NCBI GenBank assembly: GCA_965224245.1
Contig: OZ245046.1
Span: 3,680,001-3,744,000 of the forward strand
Direction of reading: 5' to 3'
Length of the DNA stretch: 64,000 nucleotides
DNA from: Candidatus Eiseniibacteriota bacterium
Lineage (GTDB): Bacteria; Eisenbacteria; RBG-16-71-46; CAZAMP01
The stretch's first letter is position 1. Every line of letters begins with the position of its first letter. Position numbers and translations under genes: made by a program. Under the pieces are notes generated by a model, which was given only the letters and a program-made list of their open reading frames with translations, searched no databases and was not told the origin of the DNA. Positions 29,335 through 39,496 of the stretch are shown piece after piece.

Positions 29335-30024
29335 TCACCTCTCGGGACGTGCATGCGGAGACGTCCCGCTGGGTCCCGGCGACGCGTCACCGATCCGGGA
29401 TGGCGAATCCACGACGATCCGGGATCGAACCTGTGTCGGGTTGACGATGCTGGCGAAGCCCGGGGATCGCGAGGTCACGGACTGGAAGGCCGCCCGGACG
29501 GCGGCCGGAGGCGCGGGCGAGGACACCCGAACGGTGACCGAGAGCGTCTCGTAACCCGCGCGAGCCCGCGGATCGAGCCCGAGCACGGTTCGCGGATCGA
29601 TCGATCCCTCGGTGCCGATCTCGAGGGAGTCGATCTCGATGCCTCTCGCCGTGCACGCCATCACGAACGTCGCCACGAGACAGCTGTTGAGGCCGGACAG
29701 GAGGAGCTCCAGTGGATCGGGCGCGCTCGCGTTCACGCCGGACTCCGCGCCCATGTCGCTCTCGATGGAGATGGACGTTCCGGCATCGCTTCCACCGCCC
29801 TGCGCGAGCCGGCTCCGCGAGCGTAGGCCGCCGAGCCAGCGGGTCACGACCGCGCTGCGGGCCCGCTCCCCGTTGCGTTCCGGCAACCGGGCGGAGGTCG
29901 CCCCGAGCACCTCCGGGTCGAGTCCGTTGAGTCGGGTCGCATTCCGCGGTCCGCACCCCGAGGGGTTCGTATTATGCTCCCCGCAGCTCGTACCGTCGGG
30001 GTCGGCGGCCTCAATTCGCGTCAT
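29335..30024 (-). CDS. OsmC family protein
   Basis: LNGLD, TRW, PDPLELLLSGLNSCL, GIEIDSLEI..EGSID...LGL and GYETL. Confidence 0.8.
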   Translation of the reverse strand: MTRIEAADPDGTSCGEHNTNPSGCGPRNATRLNGLDPEVLGATSARLPERNGERARSAVVTRWLGGLRSRSRLAQGGGSDAGTSISIESDMGAESGVNASAPDPLELLLSGLNSCLVATFVMACTARGIEIDSLEIGTEGSIDPRTVLGLDPRARAGYETLSVTVRVSSPAPPAAVRAAFQSVTSRSPGFASIVNPTQVRSRIVVDSPSRIGDASPGPSGTSPHARPER

Positions 30025-30163
30025 GGGTGGTTCCTCCGATGCTCAGTTCGAAATCCCATCGCGGAACCTGCAACGCCGAATGCACGATCCGATCCATCCA
30101 GCCGAGGTCGACCTCACCGGTGGCCCGTGATCCGGCGGTGCCCCAGCCCGCTGCCCATCCGCC

Positions 30164-33100
30164 ATGCCCACATCCAACGACGTAGAGCGCCTGTTTCAGG
30201 AGGCGCTCGGTCTCGACGAGACCGCCCGCGAGGCGTTCCTCCATGCGCTGGAGCCGTCCGTCCGGCGAGAGGTCGAGGAGCTGCTCGTGCACCTCGTGGC
30301 CGCGGAGACCGGCTTTCTCGAGACCCCGCCCGCGGACGTGGCCGCCTCGCTCGACGCGCCCGAGCCGGAGATCGTGGGGCGGTATCGGGTGATCCGGAAG
30401 CTCGGCGAGGGGGGCATGGGTCTGGTGTACGAGGCCGAGCAGCCCGAGCCGCTCCGGCGCGTCGCGCTCAAGATCATGAAGCCGCTCCTGCCGTCGTCCC
30501 AGCTCCGGCGCTTTCAGGTCGAGAGCGAGATCCTGGCCCAGCTCCGTCATCCCTCGATCGCGCACATCTACGAGGCCGGCGTCGAGACCGTCCACTACGC
30601 CGGAGGGCTCTCGACGCAGCAGCCGTTCCTGGCCATGGAGCTCGTGGACGGGCTGCCGCTGGACGATCACGCCCGCCGGTCGGGGCTGGGGCTTCGCGAG
30701 CGGCTCGAGCTCGTGGCCCGCGTGGCCGACGCCGTCCAGTCCGCCCACCAGCACGGCGTCATCCACCGCGACCTGAAGCCGGCCAACATCCTCGTCGACT
30801 CGACGGGGCTCCCCAAGGTCCTCGACTTCGGCGTGGCCCGCATCTGCCGATCCGAGGCCGTGGACGAGACCCTGCGCACGAACGCGGGCGAGCTCATCGG
30901 GACTCTGCCCTACATGAGCCCCGAGCAGCTGCGCAGTGAGGACGTCGACACCCGGAGCGACGTGTACGCGCTCGGGGTCATGCTGTACGAGCTCCTGACA
31001 GGACGCCGTCCCTTCGAGTTCCCGCGGGGTGTGATCACCGAGGTCACCGCGCGGCTCGCCGACGACCGCTACCCCAGCCCCGGCCAGCTCGACAGACGTC
31101 TCAGGGGCGACATCGAGGTCATCATCGCCACCGCGCTCGAGCGAGACCCCGACCGCCGGTACGCGTCCGCGGCCGCCCTCGCGCTCGACATCCGGAGGTT
31201 CCTGGCCGGGCATCCCATCGAGGCGCGGGCCGACAGCGGGTTCTACGTGCTGCGCAAGCAGCTCCGCCGCCATCTGGGCCCCGTGATCACGGGTGCGGCC
31301 TTCGTGGCGGCGCTGATCGCGTTCGCGGCGATCGCGTTCTCCCTGTACCGATCCGCTGAGGAGGCCCGGGCGATCGCGGATCGACAGAGAGCCGAGGCCA
31401 CGGACCGGCTGTTCTCCTCGTATGTGGCGTCGGCCAGGCTCGGGCGCTCGGCGCCCTTGCCCGGACGCCGCACCGAGAGCCTCGCGGCGCTCGCACGGGC
31501 GGCCGAGATCCGCATCGAGCCCGTCCTGCGGGACGAGGCGGTCGCCTCGCTCGCGCTGTCGGACCTGGTCGTCGTGCGCGAGATCGAGGCGCCCGGACAG
31601 ACCCTGAGCTCCGACGGACTGGCACACGTCGATCGGGTGGCCTGGACCCGGAACGACACCAGCGTGGTCACGCGCCTGGAGGACCTCGTGGAGCTGGCGC
31701 GGCTCCCGACGACGGGTCCGGTCCTCGCCCACGTCTTCTCGCCCGGGGGGCGGTACCTGCTCGTGCGCGAGCACACACCGGAGGGGCAGCACGGTCGTGT
31801 GTGGGATCTGACGACGTCCGAGCTTCTGTTCGACGCCGATCCGGTCACGTTCTACTCCGCGCGGGGCACGTTCCATCCCCGCGAGGAGCGGGTCGCGTTC
31901 GCCGCGCGGGATTCGAGCGTCCATCTGATCCCGCTGGATCGGGCTCCATCGCGTCGTCTGCCGGTCGGAATGCCGGCCACTCACCTCGCGTTCGACGCCG
32001 ACGGCTCCCGCCTGGCCCTGGCGGATGGCGCGACGCTGGCCATCTGGGATCTGATCGAGGATCGGCGGCTCGGCTCCTGGACGCTTCCGACGTCCCTGTT
32101 TCAGCTCGCCTGGACCCCCGATGGCACGAGGATCGTCCTGGGAGGGGCCGACCGGGGCGTCCACGTGTGGGACGTGGCCGCGGCCGCGATCTCGAGCACG
32201 CTTCGAGGCCACGACGCCGAGGTGGTCGACGTGGCCGCACCGGCGCCGGGACGCGCGGTGTCTCAGAGCTGGGACGGGACCACCCGGCTCTGGGACCTGA
32301 CGCACGAGGCCCTGATCTTCGATCCGCTCCGGAACGTCGGATTCTGCGGCGCGGTCGGCGATCTCATCGCGCTTCGGCAGCCGGGAGGCGCTTATCGGCT
32401 CTCGAGACTCGAGCCCTCGCCGGTGATCACGGTCGTGGAGTCGGACACCGCCTTCGTGGGACCGGCGCAGGTCGCCATGGATCCCGGCCGGAGCCTCCTG
32501 GCGGTCTCCTCGCGCACCGGGGTCCGCCTCTTCGACCTCGAGACCGGCGTCGGCCGGGGCAAGCTCCCGGTGGCGGGAACGTCGGACGTCATCTTCGAGG
32601 CTCCCGGACGCCGTCTGTACACGGTGTCGAGCGGTAACGTGCAGGGGTGGGAGATCGAGCGGAGTGGATCGATCGCGACCGTCACGCGGGTCGTGGGGTT
32701 CCGGATCGAGCACGGCAACAGCGTCTGCACGGATCCGCAGGAGAACCTCATCGTGGCCTGCGGTCGGGGAGGTCTCGTCCAGGTCGATCGCGACACGGGC
32801 GAGATCGAACGCACGTGGTCGACCCCGTTCGGAACCGAGCACGCATCGTGCTCGGCCGACGGTCGATACCTGGGGATGGGAACCTGGCAAGGCCCCGGCG
32901 GGCGCGTCATCGACGCGGCCACCGGCGACCTCGTGCGCGAGTTTCCGGGGTCCAGCGTCGGCATGGGGTTCTCACCGGACTCTCGCACGTTGCTGGTCAC
33001 CGAGCGGCACCAGTCTCGCATCGTGTCCACGGACACCTGGGAGGACCGGGTCGTGATCGAGCACCCCACCGATCCGTTCCGCGCCCACTGGGCGTTCCAT

Positions 33101-33340
33101 CCGACCAAGCCGGTCGCGGCGCTCACCGCGTCACGCTATGCCATTCGACTCCTCGACCTCGAGACCGGCGAGACGCTCACCGAGCTCGAGAATCCCGATC
33201 ACCGGATCATCACCGAGGTCGAGTTTCACCCGGATGGCTCACGGATCTTCGCCATCACGACCGGTCGGACGATTCTCGTGTGGAACATCGAGCGGACACG
33301 GACCGAGCTGCGCGCTCTCGGGCTCGACTGGGCGGACTGA
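30164..33340 (+). CDS. Ser/Thr protein kinase with TM segment and WD40 repeats
   Basis: LGEGGMG, VALK, HRDLKPAN, DFG, GTLPYMSPEQ and SDVYALG; WD40 repeats such as LRGHDAEV...SWDGTTRLWD. Confidence 0.92.
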   Translation: MPTSNDVERLFQEALGLDETAREAFLHALEPSVRREVEELLVHLVAAETGFLETPPADVAASLDAPEPEIVGRYRVIRKLGEGGMGLVYEAEQPEPLRRVALKIMKPLLPSSQLRRFQVESEILAQLRHPSIAHIYEAGVETVHYAGGLSTQQPFLAMELVDGLPLDDHARRSGLGLRERLELVARVADAVQSAHQHGVIHRDLKPANILVDSTGLPKVLDFGVARICRSEAVDETLRTNAGELIGTLPYMSPEQLRSEDVDTRSDVYALGVMLYELLTGRRPFEFPRGVITEVTARLADDRYPSPGQLDRRLRGDIEVIIATALERDPDRRYASAAALALDIRRFLAGHPIEARADSGFYVLRKQLRRHLGPVITGAAFVAALIAFAAIAFSLYRSAEEARAIADRQRAEATDRLFSSYVASARLGRSAPLPGRRTESLAALARAAEIRIEPVLRDEAVASLALSDLVVVREIEAPGQTLSSDGLAHVDRVAWTRNDTSVVTRLEDLVELARLPTTGPVLAHVFSPGGRYLLVREHTPEGQHGRVWDLTTSELLFDADPVTFYSARGTFHPREERVAFAARDSSVHLIPLDRAPSRRLPVGMPATHLAFDADGSRLALADGATLAIWDLIEDRRLGSWTLPTSLFQLAWTPDGTRIVLGGADRGVHVWDVAAAAISSTLRGHDAEVVDVAAPAPGRAVSQSWDGTTRLWDLTHEALIFDPLRNVGFCGAVGDLIALRQPGGAYRLSRLEPSPVITVVESDTAFVGPAQVAMDPGRSLLAVSSRTGVRLFDLETGVGRGKLPVAGTSDVIFEAPGRRLYTVSSGNVQGWEIERSGSIATVTRVVGFRIEHGNSVCTDPQENLIVACGRGGLVQVDRDTGEIERTWSTPFGTEHASCSADGRYLGMGTWQGPGGRVIDAATGDLVREFPGSSVGMGFSPDSRTLLVTERHQSRIVSTDTWEDRVVIEHPTDPFRAHWAFHPTKPVAALTASRYAIRLLDLETGETLTELENPDHRIITEVEFHPDGSRIFAITTGRTILVWNIERTRTELRALGLDWAD

Positions 33341-33371
33341 GCACCGCGCCCCGCACGACCCCGTCCCTCGG

Positions 33372-34826
33372 TCACCCGCCGGCGGTGGTGAACGTCACCT
33401 CGACCGGCTCGAGCGGGTACCCGTCGGCGCTGGAAAATCCGACGTATCGTCCCCCGTTGAGTCCGAACCGATAGGTCCTCCCCGGTGCGAGTGCGATACC
33501 GACCGAGAACGTGCGCCGCCCGGTGTCGTAGTGGGGCTCCCCGACCAGCGTGGGGAACGCCGGACCGCCGCCGGTCACCGACCAGCTCCCGTCGATCATG
33601 GGCCGATCGAACACGACGACGATCTCGTTCAGATCGGGGTCCACGTCACCGGCCCCGTTCGCGGGCGTCATCGAGATCACGCGGGGGAACCGGGCCACGA
33701 GCGCGTCGTAGTGCGCGACCGTGTCGTCGAAGAACGCGACCACGCGGGGCATGAACGCGTCGAAGGTCTCGTAGGTCGCTCGCGCCACGTCGTACTCGGC
33801 CACGAGCTCGCCGAGGCTCTTCACCCACTTGAATCCGCTGGCCATCTCCATCCGGGCCTGCCTCTCACCGGCCGCATCGCCGTCCATCGCTCGCATGAAG
33901 TGAACCACCACGGCTCGCACCAGGGACTCGTAGAGCACGGTCTGCCCGCTGCCATAGGCCTGACGCCGCATGACCTCGGCATTCCGCTCGAACAGGGCGT
34001 CGCCCGCCGTCGCAAGCGACGACGCGTTCGCATCGACGAGCGCGTTCGTGTAGGCGTGGCAGAACTCGTGCACGATCGTGCCCGTGATCCCAGCGCCGGC
34101 GACCGGCACGCCGTCGGCATCCCAGGTGCTGACGCCGATCACGGGCGTGATCTCCTCGCGGCCGTCCTGGTGGCGCATGCTCACGCCGTAGTTGCCCCAT
34201 CCGTTCAGCATGCCGATGACGACGAGGAAGCGCCCCTGGGGCCGAGAGCCGAAGAAGCGATCGAACCAACCCACGTAGTCGCGCGCGTTGACCACCGGGG
34301 AGAACGCCGCCGCCGCCTTTGCGTACAGCTCGCGGTGGTCCGCGACGAACCCGGCAAAGCCGGTGTCGGACACGAACACCGAGAGCGCCTCGATGAAGCG
34401 CTCCGCGTCGTCGATCGTCCAGCGTCGCTCGAGGAGCGGCGGGCGCGGATCGAGCGCCGTTCGCGGTCGGGGATGCGCGACGTCGTCGTCGAGGTGAACG
34501 GCCAGACTCATCACGGCGTCGAACGAGATGCCGCGCGCCTCCCGGAGCTCGCGCGCCATGTGCACGGTCGGATGCTCACGAAACGGGCCGAACACCTCCT
34601 CGACCGCGTCGGCGTACGGAGAGGCGGAGCTCTCCATCGCGTACTCCGGATTCCCGGCCAGGCGAAACACGATCGAGAGGAGCTCGACGCGCGGATCCAC
34701 CCGTGTCTCCAGGGACGCGGCGTCCGATGTGCCGACTCCCACGGTCACGTTCATCGTGAGCGACAGGGTCAGCGCACACCGCACCGCGTGCCTTACGCGA
34801 CGTGGCGTGAGGATCCCGATCGTCAT
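33372..34826 (-). CDS. DUF4932 protein with HExxH motif and C-terminal Ig-like domain
   Basis: VDPRVELLSIVFRLAG, HEFCH, and PANGAGDVDP...VFDRPM Ig-like domain. GGAGAGG RBS. Confidence 0.78.
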   Translation of the reverse strand: MTIGILTPRRVRHAVRCALTLSLTMNVTVGVGTSDAASLETRVDPRVELLSIVFRLAGNPEYAMESSASPYADAVEEVFGPFREHPTVHMARELREARGISFDAVMSLAVHLDDDVAHPRPRTALDPRPPLLERRWTIDDAERFIEALSVFVSDTGFAGFVADHRELYAKAAAAFSPVVNARDYVGWFDRFFGSRPQGRFLVVIGMLNGWGNYGVSMRHQDGREEITPVIGVSTWDADGVPVAGAGITGTIVHEFCHAYTNALVDANASSLATAGDALFERNAEVMRRQAYGSGQTVLYESLVRAVVVHFMRAMDGDAAGERQARMEMASGFKWVKSLGELVAEYDVARATYETFDAFMPRVVAFFDDTVAHYDALVARFPRVISMTPANGAGDVDPDLNEIVVVFDRPMIDGSWSVTGGGPAFPTLVGEPHYDTGRRTFSVGIALAPGRTYRFGLNGGRYVGFSSADGYPLEPVEVTFTTAGG

Positions 34827-34906
34827 GTCGTTCCTCTCCACGCGCCTCGGCGCCGAGCGGGAGCGATACCGCGAACGAAGCCGGTCGAGAGCCCGCGCAC
34901 CCTGCA

Positions 34907-36352
34907 TCAGCGCAGCGAGACCGCCGGGAGAACCTCGGCCCCGAGGCGGAGCGGCACGCGTCGTCCGTAGGTCAACGACCGCCACAGCCACTCGGCCGGG
35001 CCGTACCGGAAGTGCCGGAGCCAGATCGGCGTGAGGGTCAGCTGGACGATCCACCAGGCCACGACGAAGCCCATCTGCGGGAAGCGATTCACCTGGCCGA
35101 AGAGCCCGTCGAACCCCCACCCGTAGAAGATCGCGGTGAACACGATCGACGTCAGGAGATAGTTGCTGAGCGCGGTCCGCCCCACCGCGGCCAGACGCCG
35201 CTGGAGGCCGGTCAGGATCCCGTATCGGACCATCAGCACGACCACGCCCACGTGGCCCAGTGCGGCGAACAGATTGCCCACCTCGTTCACCAGGAGATTG
35301 AGTGCGAGGTAGTGCTCCATGCTGAACCCGTGCTGCGCGTGGTCCCACGCGCTCCAGACGCTCAGCGGAATCCCGATCGCGTAGCCCACTCCGATGACGG
35401 TCACGTAGAACCGGGTCGACCGCCGGCCCGCGAGCACTCCGGTCTTCATGAGCCCCATGCCGATCAGCATGATCCCACCCACCAGCCACAGCAGCGCAAT
35501 GAGCTGGTTCCCGAGCTGCTCCTGGAAAACGCTCGGTGCCCGCTTCGTCACGATCTCGATGTAGCTTCCGCTCCGGTACACGGTGACGACCGAGTCGATC
35601 TTGGCCGGGGTCGGTCGCGCGAGACTCTTCTGGGCGTCCGTCCACTTGTCGAGGGCCGCCTGCTGCTCGTCGTCGATCTCCTGGCCGGCGTCCACCAGCG
35701 CCTGAGCCTCGGTCGCCTGCTCCTGGAGAGGGGCGACGTAGAAACGCTGCGCGAGCATGGCGCTGACCGGGACGAGCAGGAAGAACGCGACGCCCCAGGT
35801 GATCAACGTGCGCGGCGCTCGCTTGCGGAAGAGGTAGATCAGGAACCCGCACAGGGCGTAGTTGACGAGGATGTCGCCCCACCAGATGAAGTACGCGTGC
35901 ACGATGCCGAAGACCAGCAGCCAGAACGTGCGGCGGTAGTAGAACCGCCGGAACGAGAATCCCTCGCGCTCGAGGCGATCCCCCATCAGGACGAGTCCCG
36001 CTCCGAACAGCATGGCGAAGATCGAGATGAACTTCCCGTAGACCGCGATGTGCGTGACGTACCACGTCCCGAGGTCCAGACCGCTCGCACCGCCGTACGC
36101 CGATGGATCGTCCAGCGCGGCCTTGGGCATCGCGAAGGCATAGACGTTGATGATCAGGATGCCGAGTAGCGCGACCCCGCGCAGCACGTCGAGGGTCCGG
36201 ATGCGATCGAGCGTCCGGACCGGAGCGGCGGGTGCATGGGGGATCGGGTCGGCTTCGGGTTCCGCGGCGGACACGTGAGGGATCGGATCAGGCGGGGCAT
36301 CGGCATCGTCCTCGGGGACGGCGTCCGGATGCGGCGAGGGATCGGTGCTCAT
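34907..36352 (-). CDS. DUF418 (YeiB-like) membrane protein
   Basis: RIRTLDVLRGVALLGIL, KFISIFAMLFGAG, WGDIL, VGRTALSNYL and FRYGPAEWLWRSLTY. Confidence 0.9.
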   Translation of the reverse strand: MSTDPSPHPDAVPEDDADAPPDPIPHVSAAEPEADPIPHAPAAPVRTLDRIRTLDVLRGVALLGILIINVYAFAMPKAALDDPSAYGGASGLDLGTWYVTHIAVYGKFISIFAMLFGAGLVLMGDRLEREGFSFRRFYYRRTFWLLVFGIVHAYFIWWGDILVNYALCGFLIYLFRKRAPRTLITWGVAFFLLVPVSAMLAQRFYVAPLQEQATEAQALVDAGQEIDDEQQAALDKWTDAQKSLARPTPAKIDSVVTVYRSGSYIEIVTKRAPSVFQEQLGNQLIALLWLVGGIMLIGMGLMKTGVLAGRRSTRFYVTVIGVGYAIGIPLSVWSAWDHAQHGFSMEHYLALNLLVNEVGNLFAALGHVGVVVLMVRYGILTGLQRRLAAVGRTALSNYLLTSIVFTAIFYGWGFDGLFGQVNRFPQMGFVVAWWIVQLTLTPIWLRHFRYGPAEWLWRSLTYGRRVPLRLGAEVLPAVSLR

Positions 36353-36462
36353 GCCGAGGTCCTTTCTGAGCGGAATCCGGTGGCGCCGTCGTCCCATCCA
36401 CGGGCGCGTGGCGGGCGCCGGGTCTCCGGAAGGGGGGCCTGCTGCCACGATCCTCGATCAGT

Positions 36463-36487
36463 AACGTAACCCTCGCCCACGTGTTGC
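36463..36487 (-). promoter_or_regulatory. Putative ECF promoter
   Basis: Minus strand GCAAC-N16-CGTT upstream of the DUF418 gene. Confidence 0.4.
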
Positions 36488-36510
36488 GGAAGTCTGCGCG
36501 TGTGGCGCCC

Positions 36511-37503
36511 TCACCGGGCGCCGCCCGCCGAGCGGGGACGGGCTTCGATCTCCCGACACATCCACTCCAGAGTGGCCGGCTGCCTGACGAACCCGAGACC
36601 GTCGTTGATCGCGAGCATCGGCGCGTTGCGTGAGGAGTTGATCGCCCGGATTCTCTTGAATCCATTGGACTTCGCGAACTCGATGCCGAGGAGCTTCATG
36701 CCCCACGCGATTCCACGTCCTCGGTACTCGCGTCGCACGCCGGTGAAGCTCGTGAACAGCTCGGTCGGATCGCTCGGCTGCCGCCCGAACCAGGTTGCCG
36801 CGACGCACTCGTCGGCATCCACTGCCACGAGGAACGCATCGGTGAAGCCGGCCACGATCGTCTCGAGCAGCCGGTGCCACTCCTCGAAGCCGGGACGGGT
36901 GTATGCCTGTGGAATGGGAACGTCGCGCTCGACGCTCGTCGCCAGATCGTAGAGCTTCTCGCGCCAGTCGACGTCGCCGGCCAGGGATGCCAGCGAGCGG
37001 ACCTCGAGACCGAGCGCCTGGAAACGCGCTCGGCGCGCGTCGAACCGGCCGCCGTCGAACGCCATCAGGTCCAGCGTCGACGTGTACGACCGGCTGCATT
37101 CGGTGAACCCACGCCTGAGCAGAAACCGAACCGACTCGAGCTGATCCTCCCGACACGCCGATCGCAGGCACGTGGCTCGACAATCGGGAAGATCGGCGAC
37201 GACTCTCTCGTACAGCGCGGTCCCGACCCCTCGACGCCGCGCCTCCGGACACACGTCGACGGCGATCCAGAAGGTCTCGGGATCGAACGAGTCGAACGGG
37301 GTCGACCGCAGAGCCGCTCCCACGACGACGCCGGAGCTGCGGGCGACATAGCGCGACCGGGGAAAGCGGGCGGGAAGGCGTTCATCCCACGAACGAAGCT
37401 CGTCACCCGAGACGAGCGGCTCACCGGACAGCGCACACGCGTTCGTCACCGCCGCGATGGCATCGTAGTCGTCGACGCTGGCGAGTGCGATCCGGACATC
37501 CAT
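36511..37503 (-). CDS. Tandem GNAT acetyltransferase
   Basis: Two acetyl-CoA motifs (VCPEARRRGVG and TGVRREYRGRGIA) plus NAPMLAINDGLGF. Confidence 0.88.
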   Translation of the reverse strand: MDVRIALASVDDYDAIAAVTNACALSGEPLVSGDELRSWDERLPARFPRSRYVARSSGVVVGAALRSTPFDSFDPETFWIAVDVCPEARRRGVGTALYERVVADLPDCRATCLRSACREDQLESVRFLLRRGFTECSRSYTSTLDLMAFDGGRFDARRARFQALGLEVRSLASLAGDVDWREKLYDLATSVERDVPIPQAYTRPGFEEWHRLLETIVAGFTDAFLVAVDADECVAATWFGRQPSDPTELFTSFTGVRREYRGRGIAWGMKLLGIEFAKSNGFKRIRAINSSRNAPMLAINDGLGFVRQPATLEWMCREIEARPRSAGGAR

Positions 37504-37874
37504 CAGACGTCAGTCTCGGCTGGGGTCACACGTCCGTCGGCCGACCGACGACCCGGGCACGTCGAGAAGCCGAGCGAACCTGTAACGTTTCGTTTCACGC
37601 GTCGCGTCAAGGACTCCGGCGGTCGCCGATGGGACCCGTGCGCGATGCTCGATCGAAGCGTACGCCCTCGAGGACGCCCGCCACAAGCGCCGGTGCGCCG
37701 ACGGCCTCGAGCGGTTGCATGCCCGGATCGGCGCGACGCTCCGTGATACGATTCCGCGTGACGTCAGAGCGTCAGAGAGGCGGCGGCGTCACCGTAACGT
37801 CGCCGGATCCGTCTCGACCATCAGGCGTCGCGCGCGTGGCGTCGCACGCGACGTCGGCATCGGGGAGAAGGACC

Positions 37875-39455
37875 ATGCCGCATCGACGGTCTCGTGACCC
37901 GCACGCGTCGTGGCGAGCGATCGCCGCGTTCCTTCTGATCGGTCTGCCGGCCGCGGTGCACGCGACCACCTTCGTCGTCCACCCCGACGGCTCCGGTGAC
38001 TTCGCGACCATCCAGGCCGCGCTCACCGCCGCCGCCAGCGGCGACTCGATCTTGCTCGGCGACGGCGTCTTCACCGGAGCCGGCAATCGCGACCTCAACT
38101 ACCTGGCCAAGACGCTCGTCGTGCGCTCGCAGAGCGGCGACCCGGCCACGTGTACGATCGACTGCGAGAACCTCGGGCGCGGTGTGACATTCGTCTCGGT
38201 GTCGAGTCGCGACGCCACGCTGGGCGCGGTCACGATCACGAACGGGATCGGCGACGGGGGAGCGATCTACTGCGAACACTCCAGCCCCACGATCGAGGGC
38301 TGCGTCCTGACCGGCAACGGCACGACCGACCGCGGCGGCGGCGTGCACTGCCGACTGAGCTCCATGCCACTGATCACCGGATGTCTGATCACCGACAACC
38401 ACGCGCAGGCGGGGGGCGGCGTCTACTGCTACTCCGCCGGCGCCGAGATCGTCGAGACGACGATCTCGGACAACACGTCCAACGGCAACGGCGCCGGCAT
38501 CTGGATGAACGTCAGCGCGAGCGTGATCCTGACCGACTCGCACGTGACGTCGAACGTGGCCGGCGGCTGGGGCGGTGGCGTCTGGTGCAGCGGGACCTTC
38601 GCCACCCCCTCGAGTCTCGTGGTGGCCCGATCGGCCCTCGCCGGAAACGACGCCGAGCAAGGCGGCGGGATCCTGTGCATCGGCATGGCGCCGACCTTCA
38701 CGCTCACCTCCCTCACCGGCAACCGCGCCAGCGTCTCCGACGGTGGAGGCGCGCTATTCTTCGACTCGGATCCGAGCTTCGTCCGGTGCACCGTTTCCGG
38801 CAACCACACCGCCGGCAGCGGCGGCGGGTTGACGCTGAACGGATCGACGGCGGTCTTCGATCACGTCGTCTTCTGGGGCGACTGTGCGTCGGCGATGGGC
38901 GACGAGATGCACACGATGGGCACCGGCGCCGCGGCCGGCTTCTTCTGCAGCGACATCTCGCCGGGGGCGGTCAGCGGAACCGGATCGATCACGATCGACG
39001 GGAACAGCATCGACGCCGATCCGCTCTTCTGCGCGCCGGAGCTCTGCGACGCCGCCCCGATCCCCGACGGTGACTACGCGCTCCAGCCAGGGTCCCCCGC
39101 CGACGACCCCGTGTGCGGTCTGATCGGCGCGTACGACGTCGGCTGCTCGGCGATCTCGGTACCCGACGCGCGGCCGCGCGTGGTGGCGAGCGTGGCCGCC
39201 CCCAATCCCACCCGGGGTACGCTCCGGATCGACTTCACCGGATCGGCGTCCGCGATGGGAGCCGACGTCGCAGTGTTCGACACACGCGGTCGCCTCGTCC
39301 GCGAGTGGCGACGTGTTTCGCTGGCCGGCGGACGGGGACACGTAAGCTGGGACGGAGCGGACGATCGCGGTCTGGACGTTCCGGCGGGGCTCTACTTCTA
39401 CCGGGTCCGCATGGGGACCGCGGAATCGGTGGGACGGATCTCGCTCGTCGGATGA
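37875..39455 (+). CDS. Secreted right-handed beta-helix (pectin-lyase/POMP-like) repeat protein with FlgD-Ig C-terminus
   Basis: PDGSGDFATIQAA, repeated N...GGG(I/V)xC, ADPLFC, and C-terminus APNP...FDTRGRLV...WDG...AGLYFYR. Confidence 0.82.
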   Translation: MPHRRSRDPHASWRAIAAFLLIGLPAAVHATTFVVHPDGSGDFATIQAALTAAASGDSILLGDGVFTGAGNRDLNYLAKTLVVRSQSGDPATCTIDCENLGRGVTFVSVSSRDATLGAVTITNGIGDGGAIYCEHSSPTIEGCVLTGNGTTDRGGGVHCRLSSMPLITGCLITDNHAQAGGGVYCYSAGAEIVETTISDNTSNGNGAGIWMNVSASVILTDSHVTSNVAGGWGGGVWCSGTFATPSSLVVARSALAGNDAEQGGGILCIGMAPTFTLTSLTGNRASVSDGGGALFFDSDPSFVRCTVSGNHTAGSGGGLTLNGSTAVFDHVVFWGDCASAMGDEMHTMGTGAAAGFFCSDISPGAVSGTGSITIDGNSIDADPLFCAPELCDAAPIPDGDYALQPGSPADDPVCGLIGAYDVGCSAISVPDARPRVVASVAAPNPTRGTLRIDFTGSASAMGADVAVFDTRGRLVREWRRVSLAGGRGHVSWDGADDRGLDVPAGLYFYRVRMGTAESVGRISLVG

Positions 39456-39496
39456 CACCCGGGGCCGCTCGCAGGCCGCGAGCGGCCCCCTGGCGA

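Noticed and set aside
29178-29444. 88-aa ORF overlapping the SRPBCC stop with a good RBS
   Set aside because: No recognisable features and it overlaps the convergent OsmC gene; possibly a relic but unsupported.
36230-36295. DPIPH repeated twice at the DUF418 N-terminus
   Set aside because: Short low-complexity duplication in a disordered leader.
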